DNA of 64,000 nucleotides, from IMG/VR virus record IMGVR_UViG_3300042878_001565, positions 27,180 to 91,179 of that record; one strand, written 5' to 3'. Source of the stretch: a virus. Made by a program: the position numbers and the translations under genes. Positions 58,312-64,000 of this stretch are shown one piece after another. The stretch's first letter is position 1. Every line of letters starts with the position of its first letter. Below the pieces are notes generated by a model that saw nothing but the letters and a program-made list of their open reading frames with translations, was not told the DNA's origin and made no database searches.

Positions 58312-59967
58312 TTATATTGAATAAACACCAAATTTAGATAATTCAAATTGCCCTGTATTTGTTACTGAAGTGACAGCCATACATCTACTAGCGAAAAAGT
58401 TTAACCCTTGTGAAGTTAAAGGTAAATTTGTTGAGATTGTACCTTGTGCAATTGCCCCAGTTTCTTTATTTATCACCTCATATTTTACATCTGTAGACAT
58501 AGGTTCGTTGTATATCTGAATGCTATATACAGTTGTTGAAGCAGCCCCTGCTGTTCTATTTGCTGGAAAACCAACTCCTAAATCAACCTTTGTTGCAGTA
58601 CCAGAAGCATCATTATGAAACACTTGTAAATTAGCATCACCATTTTCAGAACCTACACCGATTATATTAGTTAATACATTAACTAAAGTACCTGAAACAC
58701 CACCGTAACCTAAGTCACCAGTTTGACCACCCAATCCATAGAATTGTTGACAACCAGCAGCGTAAGCAGTATCTGCAATATTAAAATCACATACATATCT
58801 AAAACCACCCTCTATATACCACAATAAAGCTGAACCTCTATTTCCTGTATATCTTCCTCCAGATACAGTCGAAGCATAATATCTAAGTCTGACTTGTTTT
58901 GTCGCAAAGCTGGTAGAGGCAACTGATTGAGCCAGTGCTGCACCGGTAATTGACATTGTTACACCACCTTCTGCAACAACTGTTGTGGTATTGTTATTAA
59001 TTGTAATACCTCTATATATTTCATGAGGACTAAAGTTTGGAATAAACTCTGTTGTTCCGCCACCTGTATATTGAGGAATATTTAATGTGCTACCAACTAA
59101 TGTAGCTGCACCTGATGTTCCTGTTGTTGTTAATGTATCAATAGTTCCCGGTGTAAATCCTAACCAACCAGCTACTGTTTTGAATTCATGCAATCCTGTT
59201 ATTGAATTATATCCAAGCAATGTGTTATTTGCTCTTCCTACTACAGATACATCGTGAAGCTCATCAATCTCAAATCCATTTTGTGGTTTTACAAAAATTT
59301 CTCCAACTGTAGCACTTACTCTTGTTACAACACCAATGAATACAAGATGAGCAGGTGCAACTGGTTTAGTTGTTAAACCATAATGCCAGAAAATTAGATT
59401 GCCATTAGTTCCAAGCCATACAGCATCCCCATCAGTAGCTGTAGAAGTATTTAATCCAGCTAACAAACCTTCTGTAATTACTTCTCCTTGATAGTTTGCT
59501 GCACCTGATGCAGTAACTAATCCTAATGTTTTTGATGAAGTAGCTTCTGCACTATTGTCTGCTTTAGAAACAAGCATATTAGTACCACTAGCACCGCTTA
59601 CATAAACAGCTTGTCCAATAGTTAATGCTTCTGCATATTTTACAGAATGTTTAACATTTGCTGTAGGAATACTTGAAGGTTTGTTTAAAATTTGAGCATC
59701 TCCAGAAGTTGCATTCCAATCCGGATTAACATTTACTTCAGCACCTACAGCAATTCCTGCAAGTTTTGTTTTTTCTGCAGGAAGCATAAGCCCTGCATTT
59801 GTAGCATCTGCAGCTAATATTGTAGCATCAGTTCCTGAATCAGAAACAACTGTACCATTGCTCACTCCTGGAACAAAAGTTAAATTGGTAGAACCACCAC
59901 CGCCACCACCTGTTGATGTTTCGTAGTAATCTAGTTCACCAGTGTCTGGGTTAATTTTCCAAGGCAT
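58312..59967 (-). CDS. Fibre/virion surface protein outside the main tail block
   Basis: ATNAGLM...EKTKLAGIA.GAEVNV.PDWNA..GDAQILNKP fibre repeats; GQAVYVSG...KTLGLV...QNGFEIDELHDV domain; C-terminal beta-rich domain. Confidence 0.65.
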   Translation of the reverse strand: MPWKINPDTGELDYYETSTGGGGGGSTNLTFVPGVSNGTVVSDSGTDATILAADATNAGLMLPAEKTKLAGIAVGAEVNVNPDWNATSGDAQILNKPSSIPTANVKHSVKYAEALTIGQAVYVSGASGTNMLVSKADNSAEATSSKTLGLVTASGAANYQGEVITEGLLAGLNTSTATDGDAVWLGTNGNLIFWHYGLTTKPVAPAHLVFIGVVTRVSATVGEIFVKPQNGFEIDELHDVSVVGRANNTLLGYNSITGLHEFKTVAGWLGFTPGTIDTLTTTGTSGAATLVGSTLNIPQYTGGGTTEFIPNFSPHEIYRGITINNNTTTVVAEGGVTMSITGAALAQSVASTSFATKQVRLRYYASTVSGGRYTGNRGSALLWYIEGGFRYVCDFNIADTAYAAGCQQFYGLGGQTGDLGYGGVSGTLVNVLTNIIGVGSENGDANLQVFHNDASGTATKVDLGVGFPANRTAGAASTTVYSIQIYNEPMSTDVKYEVINKETGAIAQGTISTNLPLTSQGLNFFASRCMAVTSVTNTGQFELSKFGVYSI

Positions 59968-59969
59968 AA

Positions 59970-60215
59970 TTACGAAAGTATTATTGATGTAATACGTGAT
60001 CCTTCAACTGCAGGGTTTTCATAACTGATAGTTTGTGTTACAACTTCAATTCCTTTTGGTGTTGAACCTGTATGAACAATCACAGTAATGTTTTGTGTTA
60101 TTCCGCTATAAGTAAATTCTTTTTTATAATCTAAAGCATTTTTAATGCGTCCTAGTTTTGATGAACCACCGTTAATCAACTGAACCATTCTGTTTTGATA
60201 ATCTTCGTTTGTCAT
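59970..60215 (-). CDS. Hypothetical protein (start corrected to MTNEDY)
   Basis: The upstream 22 codons of the tracked ORF overlap the promoter-like motif; the remaining 81 aa are beta-rich. Confidence 0.5.
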   Translation of the reverse strand: MTNEDYQNRMVQLINGGSSKLGRIKNALDYKKEFTYSGITQNITVIVHTGSTPKGIEVVTQTISYENPAVEGSRITSIILS

Positions 60216-60279
60216 AATGTAATGTTTACATGTTATTATAATATACAAAAAAATAATTGCTTCGGCAACAAATTTAAAC

Positions 60280-60310
60280 AAAAAATCCCTTACAAGTTAA
60301 TGCAAGGGAT
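60280..60310 (-). terminator. Rho-independent terminator
   Basis: ATCCCTTGCA-TTAACT-TGTAAGGGAT followed by a T tract. Confidence 0.75.
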
Positions 60311-60327
60311 CTTCTATAGGAAAAGAA

Positions 60328-60609
60328 TTAATGTTTTCCAATACAATGTGATTCTTGAACCACGAAATAAACTTTATCATTCAGTTCGAATTGATCCGCA
60401 TACGACAATTGCTTTGGTGTTATTAACACATGATCACCTGGTTTGCAGAATGTAACCTCTGGTCCAACTGCATCTACCTTTAATTTGTTCCAAGACTTTC
60501 TGAATTCAGCTTCTTTAGCTGCTTGTGCATCTGCTAATAATTCAATAGCTCCCGCTTTTTTTTCTAATGTAGGCATCTCAATGATTACCAATTTCCCTGC
60601 GTATTCCAT
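60328..60609 (-). CDS. groES: GroES-like co-chaperonin
   Basis: GKLVII...GAIEL...VDAVGP.V...KPGDHVL....F.LNDKVYFVVQE..CIG. Confidence 0.75.
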   Translation of the reverse strand: MEYAGKLVIIEMPTLEKKAGAIELLADAQAAKEAEFRKSWNKLKVDAVGPEVTFCKPGDHVLITPKQLSYADQFELNDKVYFVVQESHCIGKH

Positions 60610-60616
60610 GATTTTT

Positions 60617-60859
60617 TTAATTAAAGTTACTAATTCTTTGTTTCAATACTAAAATGTACGATCTCATTATTGTAGATTGCAATGTTAATCTTGCACGTTC
60701 ATTTGATGGAACGGTGCTAAATATTTCACCAGCAATAAATGTAACAAGTGCATTGTATCTAACAACCAAGTCATTAAGTTCATCAAAAACTCTTTCTTGA
60801 TAGGCCTGTACATTTTCAGGTTTTTCCAAATTTAATTCTAATTCTACTTCTTTAGCCAT
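60617..60859 (-). CDS. crAss001_48/T4 Y16Q-like helical protein (candidate immune-signal sponge)
   Basis: YQERV..E..DL..R..AL..FI....F.......RL..Q...M.SY..VL..RI. Confidence 0.65.
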   Translation of the reverse strand: MAKEVELELNLEKPENVQAYQERVFDELNDLVVRYNALVTFIAGEIFSTVPSNERARLTLQSTIMRSYILVLKQRISNFN

Positions 60860-60864
60860 CTTAT

Positions 60865-61440
60865 TTATTTTTTGGTTAAGTCTTTTAACCTTGTTAATAC
60901 ATCGTTTCCGGTGTGTCCATCAAAAGGATACAACGCTTTTTCTTTTACTGGTGCTTGAAATAATGACCAATCTTTCATTTCATAGTGATTAGTAATCTGT
61001 CCTGTAGGAAGAATTGCTACTACAACAAACCATTTCCCATCAAAACAAGCTTCACCATCGTTATGTCTAATTGATTTATGTACTTCATACAATCCTTGTT
61101 TAGCCCATTCATTAAACAATACAGCATTGTACATTTTTCTGAACTCATACAACTCATTGAACGTATGGTATCCATCAGATACATCACCAAGATCACCTGC
61201 AACATTGTACGTTTTGTCAAAGATGTCTGGCTTACATGGATAGAACTCACCTTCAATTCCCTGGATAATGTAATCGCCTTTCGATGCTCTCATTGTTCCT
61301 TCTAACGTGGATATGAAAAGACCATCACCTTTGAACTCACCTTTGTCATTTCCATCAAAGAACTCTTCAATTTCAACTCTGTTGCTTCCAGTCCACTGCA
61401 CTGCAGAAATTGTCACTGGTTTTTTTGTGTACTGATTCAT
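60865..61440 (-). CDS. Two-domain fusion: KKPV/GDYII phage domain plus WDGH-like domain (start corrected to MNQYTK)
   Basis: KKPVTISAVQW...TLEG.M.AS.GDYII.G..GEFYPCKPDIF.KTY fused to VSDGYHTFNELY...H.DG...LPTGQITNHY...FDGHT. Confidence 0.7.
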   Translation of the reverse strand: MNQYTKKPVTISAVQWTGSNRVEIEEFFDGNDKGEFKGDGLFISTLEGTMRASKGDYIIQGIEGEFYPCKPDIFDKTYNVAGDLGDVSDGYHTFNELYEFRKMYNAVLFNEWAKQGLYEVHKSIRHNDGEACFDGKWFVVVAILPTGQITNHYEMKDWSLFQAPVKEKALYPFDGHTGNDVLTRLKDLTKK

Positions 61441-61441
61441 A

Positions 61442-61522
61442 CTATTTGTTTTTTGATTCATTGTACTCGTAGATCAACCTTGTGATCTCATACATACTGT
61501 TTAAAAAATAACCTTCAGGCAT
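61442..61522 (-). CDS. 26-aa micro-ORF, not in the ORF track
   Basis: MPEGYFLNSMYEITRLIYEYNESKNK*; fills the gap exactly with identical TAG-T-ATG junctions on both sides. Confidence 0.5.
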   Translation of the reverse strand: MPEGYFLNSMYEITRLIYEYNESKNK

Positions 61523-61523
61523 A

Positions 61524-62105
61524 CTACTTGTTTTGTTTTCTGTAAGACTTTAAAATTGCAAGGTAATTAATTGCATCATCGATAGTATCATCAACTGCTT
61601 CATCCTTTACCATAGCTTCCTTGTCAAGCAATGTTGAGATGCGCGACATCTTATCCATCAACCTTACCAAAATTCCACGTTCTACAGACACTCCTGCAAT
61701 AGTAGAATTTCTAAAGTTTGCAAAAGGATCATTGTTACTTCCACCATAGTCGTGATTTTTTCTTGTTGCTGTTTCGAAACATGCAGTAAATGTATCTGCC
61801 ATATCTTGCAATAATGGATTCATTGATACTTCTCTTGTAGGTTGTGTTTCACCTACATTAGCTTTCGCAAATACATTTTCAGATTCTTCTCTGATTTCTT
61901 GTGTTGAGTTCATATTATTTATTTGTTGAATTACACTGTAAGCTTCATTAATTTTTTCCTTTCTTCTTAGATACTCTAATTTAGCATCTAGCTCTTCTCT
62001 ACTTAAATCCATATATTCTGTTTGTTGGTTTCTATCCATAATATCCCATTCAAAGTTATAACAGCCTTCTGCTATCAAGCGATCTCTAAATTTACCCATG
62101 GTCAT
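61524..62105 (-). CDS. DUF1599 / nucleotide-modification-associated domain protein
   Basis: RKNHDYG...DPFANF...GILVRLMDKMSRI..L....VKDEAVDDTIDDAINY. Confidence 0.75.
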   Translation of the reverse strand: MTMGKFRDRLIAEGCYNFEWDIMDRNQQTEYMDLSREELDAKLEYLRRKEKINEAYSVIQQINNMNSTQEIREESENVFAKANVGETQPTREVSMNPLLQDMADTFTACFETATRKNHDYGGSNNDPFANFRNSTIAGVSVERGILVRLMDKMSRISTLLDKEAMVKDEAVDDTIDDAINYLAILKSYRKQNK

Positions 62106-62521
62106 TACTTTATGTTGTAAAACTTTCCGAGTATGTTTCCATTCAGAAATTCATCGGACTCCAATACGCCATATACAAATTGTAACTTGGTTTCCCAATA
62201 CGACAATTCGGTTTTGCTTTTGCAGATGCGTACAATCTCACGTTTGATAACCACACCATCTTTGTGTGCAGTTTTCAATACTTCATTACTACTAAAGTAA
62301 TTTTGATATGTAAACTTGCGCTTTCTTGTATAGGTCTTCAATCGCTTGTCTGTTGGCATATCTTTCTTTGCCAATTTTGTTTTAACATCTGCAAAAAAAT
62401 TCTTTTTACCAATGTATCGAACTGATTTCCCATCAACGATAGCCGCCATTTCATAAATGAAACCAAAGCCATCTTCTGGAACATGCTCTTCCAAAAATTC
62501 TTTACCTTCGTATATCCACAT
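62105..62521 (-). CDS. GIY-YIG-like nuclease
   Basis: FGFIYEM.......RYIGKK...Y.SS...REI........LSYWE...Q....VL....F.N.NI. Confidence 0.7.
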   Translation of the reverse strand: MWIYEGKEFLEEHVPEDGFGFIYEMAAIVDGKSVRYIGKKNFFADVKTKLAKKDMPTDKRLKTYTRKRKFTYQNYFSSNEVLKTAHKDGVVIKREIVRICKSKTELSYWETKLQFVYGVLESDEFLNGNILGKFYNIK

Positions 62522-62522
62522 A

Positions 62523-62759
62523 TCAATGTCTGTTTTTAGCTCGTTTGTTATAATTGAATACCTGTTTGCAAAAAGGAACTACATCCGATTTATTTGCATT
62601 GTGTTTGAACTCTTCTGGATTATCATACCTGCGAACAATGTGTTCGGAAATATGTTTTTTATACACTGGAGTTAATTGGTCAAGTCCAATTCCCATACAC
62701 CAAGATGAAATATACATTTTCATTTTGCACTGGTTCTTAAAAATGGTAATTATTCTCAT
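62523..62759 (-). CDS. Hypothetical protein
   Basis: ORF tiles the operon with an ATGA overlap. Confidence 0.45.
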   Translation of the reverse strand: MRIITIFKNQCKMKMYISSWCMGIGLDQLTPVYKKHISEHIVRRYDNPEEFKHNANKSDVVPFCKQVFNYNKRAKNRH

Positions 62760-62959
62760 ATAAATTTTCTTTTTGCTTTAGCGTGTTTCACTCTTTTCTT
62801 TTTTGGTGTTGCTCGCACCCTTGCCTTTTGCATATCACGTTTCATCTTATAATCCTGTTTCATCATTTCATTTCTTCTGCGTACCAGATCTTCGTTATGG
62901 ATACTACTATAGGAAGAACAACCTGTAATCAAAATGATTATAATATAAAGAACTTTCAT
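62756..62959 (-). CDS. Small putative lipoprotein with a basic C-terminus
   Basis: MK + hydrophobic stretch + lipobox-like ITG-C followed by SS. Confidence 0.55.
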   Translation of the reverse strand: MKVLYIIIILITGCSSYSSIHNEDLVRRRNEMMKQDYKMKRDMQKARVRATPKKKRVKHAKAKRKFI

Positions 62960-62961
62960 GC

Positions 62962-63450
62962 TTATCTTTTTTCAACTAATTCATCAAAATAAATCAAGCA
63001 ATCTTTTGCAATAGTCTTGCGTTTGCGTGCAAGATGTGGATTCAACATTATGTGTTTAAATTCTACACCATCTTTCACACCATTAATATAATACACAACA
63101 CCACCTTTGTACAACCTCTTCATAAAATCAGCATACTTGTTACGTGTGTACTTCAACTCTTCCATCAATGTCGTATCTGTGTGAGGAACCTTGCGATCAA
63201 CATACAAAATATTGTAACTACCATTGGTCATATTGGCCATCTTCAAGATGCGCCCATAATCAACAGGCGTGAAATGTTCCAGGATATATATTAATGCTTT
63301 GGAATCGATAACTACATATTCATCACTGTGTACAATCACCAAGTCTTCATTGATAATATTCACTGTAGTTCCTTCAGGAAGAACCTCGCCAGTAGAAGTA
63401 TCCACCAGTGTTCCATTGCTCTTTACCTTATTAACTATTGGTTTAATCAT
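62962..63450 (-). CDS. RepL-like winged-HTH DNA-binding protein (start corrected to MIKPIV)
   Basis: VDTSTGEV...TL.EEL.Y.R.K...FMKRL.K.GV...IMLNP pattern; the extra 48 codons of the tracked ORF are palindromic repeats and promoter. Confidence 0.6.
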   Translation of the reverse strand: MIKPIVNKVKSNGTLVDTSTGEVLPEGTTVNIINEDLVIVHSDEYVVIDSKALIYILEHFTPVDYGRILKMANMTNGSYNILYVDRKVPHTDTTLMEELKYTRNKYADFMKRLYKGGVVYYINGVKDGVEFKHIMLNPHLARKRKTIAKDCLIYFDELVEKR

Positions 63451-63454
63451 GGTA

Positions 63455-63462
63455 CAAATATA
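63455..63462 (-). promoter_or_regulatory. Bacteroidota -7 element TATATTTG, probably producing a leaderless mRNA
   Basis: TAnnTTTG lies 4 nt upstream of the ATG at 63450. Confidence 0.65.
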
Positions 63463-63480
63463 ATCAATTTTTGTATGCTG

Positions 63481-63585
63481 TGCACCTTTTTTGGTGCAAT
63501 GATGAAATTTATTTGCACCTTTTTTGGTGCAGGCATCAACGTATTCATTAGGTTGTAGAAGAGAGTCTGCACCTTTTTGGGTGCA
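63481..63585. repeat. Three 18-bp inverted repeats TGCACC-N6-GGTGCA (operator/iteron-like)
   Basis: Copies at 63481-63498, 63514-63531 and 63568-63585; T6 spacers, with one T>G change in the third. Confidence 0.85.
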
Positions 63586-63983
63586 AGTAATCATTACAAT
63601 TCTGTAGCAATCAACCAGTTAGAAAAATGCTCTATATTAGTATATTCCAGAGGGTAATTCCAAAAAAAATTTTGGGTAATTTGAAAATCGGAGATGTAAG
63701 TGTTTGTGGGGGTCCTTCTATATAAAAACCCCCGGCTACTTCGTAGCTTGGGTGTACCCCCTATGTTTGCTAGCAGCTTGAATAAATTCAAGTACCATAC
63801 CTACAATTCTTCCTGGCGGAAGAACACCACCGCACACAGTGTGCATCAGTACATCCAACACACCACACCCAACCAGGGCACAGCCTGACTCTCATCCTAC
63901 CGAGGACCAGGGCGGAGCCACCGACCTACATATATATGTAATTATCTTACTCCAAAGACTAAAGTCTTTTAAAAATATATATT

Positions 63984-64000
63984 ATGAGTAACTGGAATGA
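63984..64000 (+). CDS. Possible start of a divergently transcribed gene (partial)
   Basis: ATG AGT AAC TGG AAT after an AT-rich leader; only 5 codons visible. Confidence 0.25.

Noticed and set aside
62105-62521. Mobile homing endonuclease element
   Set aside because: Only a short catalytic-type domain with no DNA-binding repeats, tightly coupled in the operon, and no interrupted host gene.
12609-62526. Short out-of-frame minus-strand ORFs nested in large genes (e.g. 12609-12815, 31324-31563, 48611-48844, 57336-57554)
   Set aside because: Frame-shift shadows with no independent start context or motif.
63481-63585. CRISPR mini-array reading of the three palindromic repeats
   Set aside because: Repeats are only 18 bp with unequal 15- and 36-nt gaps, and there is no cas operon; the PD-(D/E)XK nuclease is a common stand-alone phage gene.
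63451-63791. N-terminal CTKKGA repeats of the 210-aa ORF, and ORF 63594-63791
   Set aside because: They are translations of DNA palindromes and promoter or hairpin DNA; the better start is 63450.
346-63888. All plus-strand ORFs in the track (e.g. 346-756, 7942-8292, 35475-35894)
   Set aside because: They are antisense shadows of long minus-strand genes, with Ser/Phe/Leu-rich composition and no motifs.
1-64000. Stop-codon reassignment (TAG or TGA), known in some crAss-like phages
   Set aside because: TerL, portal, MCP, muzzle and the giant genes are intact in the standard code, and TAG/TGA end genes at tight junctions (e.g. 51148, 61524, 43676).

Overview
This is an AT-rich 64-kb segment of a large Bacteroidota-infecting, crAss-like (Crassvirales-type) phage. 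Essentially all real genes lie on the minus strand and read in the standard code. In transcription order (right to left) the window holds: a hairpin-rich divergence region; a RepL-like HTH gene behind three phased 18-bp palindromes; a block of small accessory, possibly anti-defence, genes plus GroES; an outlying fibre gene; holins with an atypical His/Cys putative endolysin; IHF-like and PD-(D/E)XK nuclease genes; terminase, portal, scaffold-like protein and major capsid protein; ring and auxiliary capsid proteins interspersed with unannotated lysine-rich micro-ORFs; a very Cys-rich tail/fibre cluster (collagen, tail collar, vWA and adhesin-like domains); the muzzle; several large cargo/ejection proteins; and the N-terminal ~1780 aa of the giant virion RNA polymerase, which runs off the left edge and is missing from the ORF track. 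The most notable unexplained signals are (1) a structured non-coding element at 29749-29861 whose exposed loop (GUUGGUUUA) is complementary to an AAACCAAC motif at the start sites of several structural genes, suggesting an sRNA-based translational control system; (2) recurrent xxxGG motifs in cargo proteins paired with two zincin protease domains; (3) a P-loop kinase inside an ejected polyprotein; (4) a KTATATTAW candidate phage promoter; and (5) a candidate immune-signal sponge cluster. All family assignments come from motif recognition and synteny by eye; no database searches were run.
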